From Marsupella aquatica (taxonomy: Eukaryota > Plantae > Marchantiophyta), in the NCBI GenBank assembly GCA_973895155.1, contig OZ316899.1:9918287-9982286 (forward strand): a stretch of 64,000 nucleotides of DNA, read 5' to 3'. The notes beneath the pieces were generated by a model. It was not told where the DNA came from. It did no database searches and was given only the letters and a program-made list of their open reading frames with translations. Numbering within the stretch: position 1 is the first letter of the stretch; each line of letters begins with the position of its first letter. The position numbers and the translations under genes were made by a program. Below, piece after piece: positions 1 through 11,055 of this stretch.

Positions 1-1707
1 GAACGGTCCCAAGGTGGTAATCCACACAGATAGCTCGCCGGCGGGGTACTTCAGTTCTAAGCCAAGGCTGAACCCCAAGGAAATGCGCTGGCAGATGTTC
101 TTGGCGGATTTTGATTTTGAAGTCCGCCACGTTCCAGGGAAGACAAACACGGCAGCAGACGCGTTGTCGCGTAAGGACCAACATCGTGTCAATGGAATCA
201 CGATGCTCGAATCCGAGTGGCCAAAGGTTCTGGCTGCGGCGTATGGGGATGACAGGTTAGCTAAGGAATGGCAAAGCAATGGGGGTAGCCAAGGCAAAGT
301 AAGGCACGTATCGTTGGGGCTGGATCAAACGCATAATGTCCAATTATGGCGATACAAGCAGAGGCGTGTGTACATACTAGAGTCTCTAAGGTTAGAGGTT
401 CTGCAAAAGTACCACGACTCGCCCTGGGGAGGGCATGGAGGACAAGCCGCTACGTATCGCAGCATGTCGCGTGATGTGTATTGGCCGGACATGAAGCAAT
501 CGGTCCTTCAACACGTGCAAAGTTGTTACTTGTGCCAGAAGAACCGAACGGTGTATAGGGCAAAAGGAGGACTGCTGCAACCCTTACCAGTAGCTGCGGC
601 TCCATGGGAGTCTATCTCCATGGACTTCATTCTTGGGTTACTTGAGTCCCACGGCAGTAACTCCATCTTAACAATCGTGGATTGTTTTTCCAAGATGGCA
701 TATTCTTGCCTACTACGAAGATGGTTTCGGCCCGAGAGGTTGCCGGTCTGGTGTTTGACAATGTCTTCCAACAATGGGGATTGCCGTTGCATATCCTGTC
801 CGATCGCGATACCAAGTTCACGGGCCATTTCTGGAAGGCGTTGTTCCGGTTATCCGGAACGGACCTAACTAGGGGATCAGCGTATCATCATGAGACAGAT
901 GGCCAAACGGAACGGGTTAATGGTATCGTGGAGGACTATCTGCGTCACTTTGTGATGGCCAATCAAAAGGATTGGGCAAAGCATTTAACAATGGCCGAGT
1001 TTAGGTATAACTCGACCAAGCATTCAACGATGGGGTTTGCGCCATTTGTGTTGGCCACGGGGAGGACGCCAAGGGCGCCCTCCTGGTTTATAAATCCGGA
1101 AGCTTGGCGGACAGAAAGCAAGGTTCCTTCTGCGGACAATTTTATTCAAGAGCGGCGCCTAGTTGTGGAAGCGGCTACCAAGGGTATGACCCTTGCCCAA
1201 AGTCGGTACAAGGAGCAAGGGGATAAACATCAACGCCAGGTAAGCTTTGAAATTGGGGAGCGCGTCTGGTTGCAGTTGAGACCTGAGCAATACCATGGAA
1301 ACATAAGTAGGAAGCTGGCTCCCAGATATGCGGGGCCCTATCGCATCATACGATGGGCCCACAAGGATAATCCGGTTTCGGTGGTGTTGGAGACACCCAA
1401 GGAAATGGGCGTGGGCAAAAGCTACCATGTTAGCCGGCTCAAGAAGTTTGTCAAAGATGATGATCCCAACCGGGATCAGGTCTTGCGTCCGGACGCCATG
1501 CTGGTGGAGGACGCCGAGGAGTTTGAGGTGGAGGCAATTCTGGACCACCGTTACAAACGCAAGTTGGGAAGGCAAATCTTAGAGTATTTGGTGAAGTGGG
1601 CTGGCTATGATCAGGCCGAGAGTACTTGGGAACCGGAGGAAAATTTGGGTAATGCCTCAGAGCTCCTTGGAAGCTATTGTAAGCAAAGCGGCCTACCGCC
1701 GTTGTGA
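1..1707 (+). pseudogene. Ty3/gypsy chromovirus pol 3' part: RNase H C-term, HHCC zinc finger, integrase core, chromodomain; one frameshift near 700
   Basis: HVPGKTNTAADALSR (RNase H end), H..GGHGG..CYLCQ, WESISMDF, SDRD..F, HHETDGQTERVN, then FEVEAILDHR..YLVKWAGYDQAESTWEPEENL (chromodomain). ORFs 14-868 and 682-1707 join by a single-base frameshift. Confidence 0.95.
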
Positions 1708-2132
1708 ACTGGTACAGGCAGTTGTAGCTACCTTTGTGAGTTGTATCCTAGTTTCACTCCTCTCGGCCTCTTAAGGATAAAGTCGGATTGCGTTGGTGCT
1801 AGAGGTTGTTGGGCGGCCAATTTGCTTTGTGCGAGTGGAAGTAGATGGTGCCCGCCTTACATCTGTGGGCGGGTTGGTTGGAACCAAAGGGGAGTACCCC
1901 AAGGGGAAGACAATGGGTCCGAAGAGTTTGGAGTTAGTTTACCCATTTGGACTGGCATCCTACTTGGATAAGTGGGATAAGTTGGAATTTCCTAATTCTG
2001 GAATGCGCATACCAACCTGGTTTGCATCAGCCTTATGGGCAAACCATTTGTTACCTCATAAAATTTTTAAGGCCCAAAGTGGTCTAGGCGTGTTGGAACA
2101 TTTACTGAGGTCACGCGGACGTGACCATTTTT

Positions 2133-2143
2133 AAAGGGGGGGG
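2133..2143 (+). promoter_or_regulatory. Polypurine tract of the chromovirus
   Basis: AAAGGGGGGGG directly before TGCAAG, preceded by the small hairpin GGTCACG..CGTGACC. Confidence 0.8.
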
Positions 2144-3656
2144 TGCAAGTTGCGGAACTCGACTACCTTAACACTTAGCTCCGGCGTCGCTGACTCTGAC
2201 GCCGAGCTCCCTTATGGTCCAAGCCCGGATAGGCCATCCGGGGAGGACTTAGCATGGGGAGACTTGTGGGCAACGAGACGTGGCACTAGCGAGGCAAGGA
2301 GCCAAGCTGGAGGCACACACTAAGGACTTGGACTAGCCGATGGCTGGTCGAGTCAAGGGGATATGGGCCGGGCTCATCGGTGGCCGTCCGGACCTTCGGA
2401 TGGACTCTGGGTTCTGAGGGCTTGAGTGTGAGCTCCTCTTGGGCCCAAGGCCAATGGAGTTGGAGCCATTGGCAACGGACGCTTGGGGCGCAAGTTGTGG
2501 CCCGATCCGAGTTGGACCGGACGGGGGCCCCGAGCAGCGATCAGACCTAAGGGCCTAGGCATGAGCACTGGGTCGGCCTGGTCACAACGGGCTAAGGCAC
2601 TCCGCTTGCGGATGCCTATCAAGAAAGTTATGGGCGTTGCGAGTTGGTGGCGCGCCCATTATGCGCGATGGGATCCGGGTTGCGGGCCAAATGAATAGGG
2701 ACCAAAGCTGGTCCGGGGGTGGCAGGTCCCCAGAAGCATATATGAGGGGAGTGGTGTCTCCCTGGGGGCTAAGGGCGAGCCGAAGTCGTGAGCCACGGCG
2801 GTCGCGACACTAAGGGAAACCGCCAAACGGAAATGGCGATATCTTCCCAATGGGAAGTCTGTTGGAGGACTTCTTAGGTGCGTTGGAAAGCTCTTGGGGA
2901 GGGCTACACCCTCTTGAGCTCATCTGGGTCTGGGGGTGCCATGGGTGCTCGTGGTTTGTGGGGGTTAGCACGCCCGCTTGCCAAATCCTGCCGAACAGCA
3001 GCCAAGCCGCGTTTAGCCTCCCAAGGGAGCTTGCGTTGGGGAGGCAAGGCCAAGTAGGTATGAAGGTTGAGTCCCAAGGGCGCTCTGTCCCTAGACCATC
3101 AGTGGACAAACCGGGAGACGGTGTTAGAGTCGGGGCCGTTCTGGTCCCGGCGTGTTGAGACAAGCTTGGGACAAGCGTTAGGACAAGCGTTAGGACAAGC
3201 TACGCTATTTGGGCCATGAGCATGTCCTGAGGTCAGGGCGATCAGTTGGTGATGGATAGGTACGAGGGGGAACCTGGGCCGCGCCCAAGGAAGGAGCTGT
3301 CCTAGACGGACAGTGGGCGTGGGTTCCGGTTCCGGCTTATGGCATCGGGAGGACCTATTGCTGACCTATTTACCAACGTCTGTTGAGCTTGAGTTAGGAT
3401 GCTAGACTGGGCAGGTTCTAGATCCGAAGGGGTTACTTACCGAGGTGCTTGGTTGCTTGTGCAGACAGTGAGGACCGTTGAGAAGCGGTCGTGTAGGAGA
3501 GCAAGTGCGGCTTTGTATGGGAGGGGCCGCTGGAGGTGCAAGGGGCACTAGAGTGTTTGCTCGAGGTATTCCGTGGAGGCGTTCGGTCACCAAGGGCACT
3601 TAGGCGCAAGTGCTGGGATTGGTGAGGGCGCTGGGTGGCAAGGTCCACCACTTTCA
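2144..3656 (+). repeat. 3' LTR (~1.5 kb) of the chromovirus
   Basis: Starts TGCAAG after the PPT and ends CTTTCA (inverted termini). GC/CpG-rich sequence switches abruptly to the CpG-poor DNMT reading frame at 3657. Internal 12-bp tandem repeat GGACAAGCGTTA at ~3159-3200. Confidence 0.75.
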
Positions 3657-4560
3657 GGTAGGAATTCTTGTGCATTGCTATTTGTATGTGGAGATAGATG
3701 AGACAGCACGGAGGGTCTCATTGCGGCATGTGGCTATGTTGGTGGATAGATATCCACAATTGCTGCCAGTGGATGTTGTTCGTGGTTATCAGCATGCACT
3801 ACCTGCTGATATTTCATTGTTGGGGGCGGATCATTTGCATTGTGTTGGCCCCATTGATTTGGTGATTGCTGGTTGGCCATGTTAGGGCCAATCTAGAGCT
3901 GGCGTTGGCTATGGACTTCATGATCCATGCTCTGCATTGTTTTGGGAGATGTTACGGGTGCTGCGTCATCTCCAGCTACATCAGACACAGTCTCCAACAT
4001 ACATTTTGGAGAATGTGCCATTGTTAGGTAATGATCATAGTTGGATTGTTGTCAGTGTTCACTAGGTGAGGTCTTGGATTGGACCTGCTGTGTTATTGGA
4101 TGCTGCACGTGTGGGTTCTTGTGCACATTGTCCACGCTTGTGGTGGACTAATTTGATCCCATGTGAGGTGTTGAAGTGCGCATTTGACAGCATTCCACGC
4201 TCACCAGCCTTAGTGGTGGATGATATTTTGGATCCAGGGCGTCGTGCACAGGGTGTGACCCAACCTGATAGACCTCCATTGGCAGTGGTCAATGCAATTG
4301 GGCACCCACGTTGTGCATTACCCACTCTTGTAAGCCACTCTACTTCATATGCATTCAGAGCAGGTGGCCCTGGACTTGGGTGGGACACAGCTCTCCAACA
4401 GTTAGTGGAACCTACTGCTGATGAGAGAGAGCGTGCTATGGGATTTTTGACTGGCACCATTGCAGTTGCCTTTGTGTCAGAGGGTTTGCGGCGCCAAGTC
4501 CTTGGTCAAGCAATGGATCTGAATTGTTTGACTTAGATTATCAGCTTGAGAGTAGCTGAA
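3657..4560 (+). pseudogene. Retrotransposon-encoded C5 cytosine DNA methyltransferase (DNMT3-like motif order), N-terminus cut by the chromovirus insertion
   Basis: One frame with three TAG stops: YLYVEIDE (motif II), PIDLVIAGWPC*G (motif IV PCQG), PTYILENVP (motif VI), AH(R/C)PRLWWTN (motif VIII), ERERAMGF and RRQVLGQAM (motifs IX/X). Confidence 0.9.
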
Positions 4561-4799
4561 CAGTTGCGGATGCCCTCTGCTGGAATTACTGATTGTCCCT
4601 TGGTGAGCTTGCGATCCATTGAGACAGTACTGACCACAGTTGGGGCGAGCAGACTGTCCATGGACCTATGGCAGGATTGGCCAAGGCTGGACAGATTGTT
4701 GAGCAGGAAGGGACTGCTCAATCTACTGCTAAATAGCAATCATCGGCTATCTCCTCTACCCTACAAAGAGATATTAGGGATTTGGTGGAGAGTTGGGAA

Positions 4800-5280
4800 C
4801 CACAGCTTGGCCCTAAGTTGACAGGGGAGGAGAGACGTCGCATGCATCGATTCCTGAAGAGTTATTGGAATTGTTTTGCATTTAGCATTAAGGATTTGGG
4901 GACATTAAAGGGTCCTGGTATTTAGATTGAATTGGCTAGTGATGCGCCAATCTTTCATAGGCCATACCGTTATAGTGACATGGAGAGAGCTCGAATTCAA
5001 AGCAGAACTCAAGATTTGTTGGAGGCTAGATTGGTGGAGATTTCATATGGGGAGTATGCATCTGCCAAAGTGATGTCAGCCAAGAAGGATGTGCATGGCA
5101 ATTACACAGATAGGCGCATGTGTGGTGATTACATATCCATTAATCGCCAGACAAAATCTGATAGATATGCCATGCCCACACCTGAGGAGATCTTTGATGG
5201 TGTGGGGCATGCAAAGGTTTTCAGTTCATTGGATCTGAGGGCAGGATACCATCAGCTTCCAATTAGGCATGCTGACAGGG
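4800..5280 (+). pseudogene. Ty3/gypsy reverse transcriptase, N-terminal half, truncated
   Basis: PIFHRPYRYS, RMCGDY..IN..TKSDRYAMP..EEIFD, VFSSLDLRAGYHQL. Ends at the telomeric palindrome. Confidence 0.92.
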
Positions 5281-5309
5281 TTTAGGGTTTAAACCCTAAA
5301 CCCTAAACC
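5277..5309. repeat. Head-to-head interstitial plant telomere repeats
   Basis: AGGGTTTAGGGTTT|AAACCCTAAACCCTAAACC; perfect 28-bp palindrome at 5277-5304. Confidence 0.9.
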
Positions 5310-7358
5310 TAGTCCTCTCAAATGTAGGGCGTGCTGGTAAATCCACCAACCTTGCTGCTGCTACATGCCATGTCTCACTAGTAGTAGTAGGTGGCATGGT
5401 CTTCATTGCTTCAACACTGCAAGCTACTTCTGCATGGGAAGCGACCACTGGAGTGTCCTCACAGAGTGTAGCTGCCAATCTGAACACTTCTGCAGAACCA
5501 ACTCCCAAGTTCAGCATGTCTGTCACTGAAAATAATGGGGTGCGTACTATGGCAGTAGCCGCCCCTTGCAGGGTACTTGTTATCCCTACTGCATCACTAC
5601 CTGATTTTGCCAACTTACCCACGCCAGGGTTTGTCCGAACCGGGTTCATAGAGGCAGTCTGAACTGTCTCTGACAATGTAAAAGACTAAGGAAGCTTTGT
5701 CTGTCGACGTGCATCCTCCCTCTGTGGATCTAACTCCACTACTGCTCCTCGGGGCTCAAGAGCTTTAGCTGCCCCACGTGTCAAAGCTATTGATGCATCA
5801 ATATGTGCAGTGCCACACATGAAACCCATGGTGGCAAGGTCTCCATCAGCTCCATAAGATGTGGAAGGACCATGGGATGTGGAAGGTCCATAGGATGTAG
5901 ATGCCCCATCACCAAAAGTAGGTCTTACTTGGGAACTAGCCATGGTAGCTAGTTGTTGCTCCAATTGAGCAATCTTAGCATCCTTTGGATCTATGGTTAC
6001 AGCAGGGGCAGCGTCACCTCCCCGTCTCCCTGCATGTGGCATGCCACGACCACGTCCACCACCTCTACCTCCTCCTCCTCATCCCTGATCATGTGTACGG
6101 GATCCTCCCCTCCGTAACTCAGGGTGGAGTGAGAAACACCTATCCTTGGTGTGTCCAAGAGCTCCACAGTGATCACACTATCGCTGATCAAGTGTTGATG
6201 TTCCCCTGATCCTCTATGATCTGGGCAATATCTCTGTGCATGATCCCCACCACAGGTCCAACATCCTGACTGCTGTCCAGCATAAAAGGGCATAGGTCTC
6301 TAGGTGGTAGACTCTCGTGCAGTAGGCTTCTCCCTCTGGGTCTTCCGTGCAGTAGGCTGTGGTGTGGATGTAGATGCAGCCTTTGGTGCTTCCTTGGCAA
6401 ATCCGGAAGTCACCACCTTCTCATTCACAATATTGAGCTCAATATGCTCAAAAAGGGTAAAAACAATTGCTAATACGGGATCTACATCCCTAAGCAGGGT
6501 GACATCTCTCACTCTGCATTGCAATTCTCTGTCCAGAATTGCATACCAAAATTGGACTGCCTGAGTCTCTATCACTCCCTTGGTGACAGTGATCAATCTG
6601 CGCATGCGAGTGCATGCCTCACATAAACTCTCTCCAGTCTTGTGTTGGAACTCCTGAAGACCCTTCAACTTATCAGTTCTCACACCCTGATAGTTCTGCT
6701 TCAGTACCTCAAAGAATTCCACCACAGGGTTAAATGCTAGCGCAACTCTAGTTCTTGTCACAATCACACGGGCAGGAGTAGCGGTGAATGCTGCTGGAGT
6801 GCTACTGGTGGATGGTGTGCCAGTCTGGCTAGTGCTACTAGAAGAAGCAACAACTATGGCAATGGGTTGGGCAGCCGCACTAGTGCCATAGGTGATGGAC
6901 ACGTAATTAGGCGACCAATGCTGCCTCCATGCCTCAATCTCAACCAAATGAGCCTTCCAAAACTTATGGTAGTCATCCATGGGTGGCCCCTCCAAATGCT
7001 GAAATAATCCCTTCCATGCCATGAAAGGGGTAAACAACGTGGCGTTACGCAATGTCTACATATCGCACCACGTATCAAACTCCTGGATGAAGTCATCCAA
7101 ATCAATCGTGCCAACTGCACCAGAGTATCATCGTGGGCCCTTTGTAGCCCCGTACATCTTGTCCATATCCCACAACAAAGGTGCAACTACCTGATGACAA
7201 GGATAATTGGTCACTGAGTCCTTGTCGGAATCACTATCTGAAGCTGCATTGCTGACTGCTACCAATGCCGCTGGCCAAAACTGTGCCCCACTCCGAGTGA
7301 AACCGGTCCGTCGTCCATCGGGTAACCCAACAGCACCAAAAGAATCCGTGGTGACCAA
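5310..7358 (-). pseudogene. Ty3/gypsy gag (degenerate) with CCHC zinc knuckle
   Basis: FFEVLKQNYQG..LQEFQHKTGESL...RMRRL (Retrotrans_gag-like) and CWTCGGDHAQRYC, with several frameshifts. Confidence 0.8.
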
Positions 7359-7482
7359 CCTAACCTAATCTATATGCTAACCCTAAGGGCAATCTGTCCC
7401 TGTCAGCAACACAAGCACTCACCATGGTGTGTTGGGCATCACTCCAACACCACCAGGAGAGAAATACGTAGCACAACTAGAA

Positions 7483-8935
7483 TGTCCGGTTGCAAACCCG
7501 GATCACTCCTATAGAATCACGCGCCCACGCCAAACTAACATGGCGCATAAACAGGAAGCATGTGTGGAGAGGATCTAGAAACAAGAATGGATACCATTCA
7601 ACTCTCCACACAAAAGCAAATGCAAATCAATATGACAATGTGCATAAGGTTCAAGGAAGAGCCTTCATAATAGGCTTCACAATGGCACTCCAATGTTGTA
7701 GATGAGAATCAAGGCAAAATTGGTTCAATCTGTGACTCTAGATGGACTCAAAAGTATCAAAAACCCTAAAACAGCCTCTGATTTGGCCTAGAATAGGCTT
7801 CTAAACAAATCGGGAAATGTATAAAGCCCCCTGACGCTTGAATCTAAACAACAAGGTGTACACAAGGTGGGATGAGAACTTGTCAATTAAGCGCTTGCGG
7901 CTAGGAATAGCCCCGAGATGGGTGACCTCGCGCTTTGCCTTGCGCTCACGACTTGGAATAGCCCTCATGCCTCCCCTCGCGCTCACGGCCCGGAATAGCG
8001 GCCCCGGGATGGATGACCTTGACCTCGCGCCTGCCTGCGCTCGCGATGGGTGACTTTGCGCTCGCGGTTGGGGCACTTTCGGGATGGGTGACCTCGGGCG
8101 CCTCACACCTGACCCCAAAAATGACTACTTTCTTCACGAAAAGCTCCCCAAAACTGTCGAATTCCTTCACGAAAAGCTGTCGATCACCAGGAACCCAAAA
8201 ATTGTCAAAAGCTCTTTTCTTTTCTTCCAAAAAAATGGAACAAACATCGACCAAACGATATGCAGATTCAGATCTATAGAGCAGCCCACTACACGCATAA
8301 ATCCTTATCAAAGAGCTCACAATAATCACCCAATCAGCTTATCAAAGGCTTCACAATGATCCGACGGCACCACCGATCTGCTTGAGAACTCTGTCCAAAA
8401 ATCGTCAACAGCAGAGCTTCAAAACTCGTATCTCGCACTTCAGATCCGTTACCAACAACCAACCAAGATGCCAACGATCTATTCAATACGATCCGAGCTA
8501 CCACGGATCCACACAACAATTTCCCCAAACCGTCGCCAACTCAATCAACACATACGAACTTATGTTTGCACAGTCCGCACAGCAGAGTTCGCATCTGATC
8601 TTTCAATGTAGTCTCCACAATCAATCGGCACAACAATCAACGTCAACAATACACACTCAATCCCGTCCGATCAAATCACACACATATGTTGAGCCAATGC
8701 ACCTTGCACTCAAGGAATCCACGCTACATAGAGAGAGCTCTCAGCCACCATAGCCACCACACAAGCTCCCATCTCCAAGGCTCAACATTGAAAGATGACC
8801 TTTCAATGCCTCACAAGAGAGAAGTATCCTCTCACACAAACCTAATGGAACCTTTTTGGCTCATATAGCACACATACCAAACATACAGATCTAGATAGTA
8901 CGATACACTCTAACACTACCTAGAATGGTGTGACA
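7483..8935 (-). repeat. Probable 5' LTR of the minus-strand gypsy element
   Basis: Minus strand starts TGTCACA at 8935, exactly where the plus-strand integrase resumes. Candidate end ...GGACA at 7483. The inner boundary is uncertain. Confidence 0.5.
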
Positions 8936-10089
8936 AGCAGTTGATAGCTAAGTGTGTGGTATGTGATAGAGTGAGAGCATCATTTAATGCTCCCACTCCC
9001 CAGTTGCACCCGTTGTCGATCATGGGTTTGGGATATCGTTGGAGTTTGGATTTTGCTGGTCCATTACCTCTTACCCAACGTCATAATCGGTATATTTTGG
9101 TCATGGTGGAGCACTTCTCCAAGTGGATTGAGCTAGTGGCGTTGCTAGATAAAGCTAGTGGAGGAGTTGCTGCTACATTTTTGGATCATGTACTCAGTCA
9201 TTTTGGAGCACTAGCTGAGGTGTTGACTGATCAGGGAACTGAGTTTTGTGGAGAGTTTGAGAGTTTGTGTGAACAAGCTCTGATTGATCATCGTACTACC
9301 TCTCGTGATCATCCTGAGGCAGATGGATTACCTGAGAGAGTTGTGCAAACTGTGAAGAGAGGATTGCGTAAGTATGGCTTGCAGGTTGGTCATCTGGGAG
9401 ATTGGGATCTCCAGCTACCTTGGTTAGCTATGGGCTACCGTTTCAGTTGGCAAACATCACTTGCATCCTTCTCACCTTACTTTTTGCTCTATGGTAGAGA
9501 GCCAGATTTGCATGCAGCTATTCGTCGTGATGCTGTACCAGTTGTGAACTTGGATGATCCTGATGTTTGGGTCAAGGTGTGTTTAGAGAGAGCACGAGTA
9601 TTTCAGAGAGTGATGCCCATGACTTTTGACAACCTTGCCATTGCCCAACATTGTGATACTTTGAGGTATGCCACTATTCGTGGAGGAGGTTACCGTGCAA
9701 GCATTTGACAATTTCATCTTGGTGATTATGTTTATTTGCAGGAGACAGCATCCACAACACTTGATGTGACCGCTGGCCGGACAATCTTACGTGTGCGTGA
9801 AGTGTTGCATTCTGGCACTGTCCTAATGTTGGAGCGACGCGATGGTATGGTTTGGAAGGATCATGTGCGCAACTTTGCACCATGTCACCTTCCCAACATT
9901 GATGGTACAATAGATCCAAGCTTGGCACATGTTTGTGCTGGCTTGAAATGTATGTTGTGTGGATTTGCTCAGAGAGTAGCTACTATGTTGATTTCTGATA
10001 AGTGTTCTAGAGGATGACACATGTCATGTTTGACACCACCATTGCAGGTGATTCCTAGTGGATCATGGTTGTGTCCTCAGTGTCGGTGA
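8936..10089 (+). pseudogene. Ty3/gypsy integrase with C-terminal PHD finger
   Basis: CVVC (end of HHCC), RWSLDFAGP, VLTDQGTEF, HPEADGLPER, then CMLC..ML.(C)DKC.RG*HMSCLTPPL..IPSGSWLCPQC (C4HC3 PHD). Two in-frame TGA stops. Confidence 0.92.
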
Positions 10090-10264
10090 AGCCGACTAGT
10101 TATCATTTGTGTTCTCTTGGCAGATATGGATTGCAGGTAGGTGATCGATGGGGCTCACTTGCACCCAGCCTCCTGATCTTCACACCTAACAAGGTGTATA
10201 TCAACCTTGTAGAACTCATGGCTAGCTAGAGTTAGGGGACCTTAATCCCAGTTAGGGGGGCGAT

Positions 10265-10440
10265 TGTGGGTTTTGGACATGTGTGGACATGAGTTCCACT
10301 TGTATTCCATTCTCTTGTGTTTGTGATATGGCAGTGTGACTATGTCTGGATGTATGTGACAAGCGATGTATGTTGTGTAGCAATGTGTATGCGCACGACA
10401 CCACACCTATTACCTATAGAACCACGTACAGGTTGCACCA
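10265..10440 (+). repeat. Short 3' LTR of the DNMT/PHD gypsy element
   Basis: PPT AGGGGGG at 10254-10260, then TGTGGG...GGTTGCACCA. CACTA coding sequence resumes afterwards. End position approximate. Confidence 0.6.
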
Positions 10441-11012
10441 TGGCTCAGGTGAATGTGGCCAAGCGTACATATGTGGGGGTTCTGACACAAATACTTGTGC
10501 TTGACTATGGACCTCTGTTACATTCTGAACCAGCCATAATCTTGAAGGCAAAGTGGGTGCGGTCTAAGTGGGGAGAGGACAGGTCTAATCCATCAATGAA
10601 ACATGATGAGACTGGCCTATGGCTTGCCAATTTTAATATGCCTTATCCCTCAGCTGTGAAATTAGATTATGTCTTGCCCAATCAGATTGAGCAGGTTTTC
10701 TTCTACCCAAACACAGCCAGGGCCTCTTGGAGACATGTTCTCCATAAGGAAGGGAGGTGTCGATGAGTTGTTGAGGGTATAAATGACCTTGAGCTTAATG
10801 ATCTTGTGGATGGTCATGAGGCTGTTGAGGCTGTTGAGGCTGAGCTTGTTGCAGCTGCTAACAGACAAGTGTCCTTGGATGAAGGAGAAATTGTAGTTTT
10901 TCAGGAGATGGCAGTGTTGACAAGAAGTGATAGTGATGATGATGATGTCGAGGAAGATGAAGAAGATTCAGATGAAGAGTCAGAATGTGCCTCTTGGGGC
11001 AGGAAGTACTGA
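10441..11012 (+). pseudogene. C-terminal DUF4216-like part of CACTA Tnp2 transposase
   Basis: YVGVLTQILVLDYG..ILKAKWV..KHDETGLWLANF..YVLPNQIEQVFF, homologous to 40589-41362 and 55139-55898. Confidence 0.8.
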
Positions 11013-11055
11013 TTGCTCTTTGGTGGTAGTGTTTTTTATGCAATTTTGAATTGAA

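Noticed and set aside
2374-3675. Short ORFs on both strands
   Set aside because: GC-rich LTR sequence with no domain motifs.
3657-4560. Bacterial restriction-modification methylase or host DNMT3/DRM gene
   Set aside because: Intronless, runs into gypsy RT, and has no nuclease or host regulatory domains.
5376-5390. CACTAGTAG resembling a CACTA terminus
   Set aside because: Lies within the gag frame, diverges after 9 bp and has no partner TIR.
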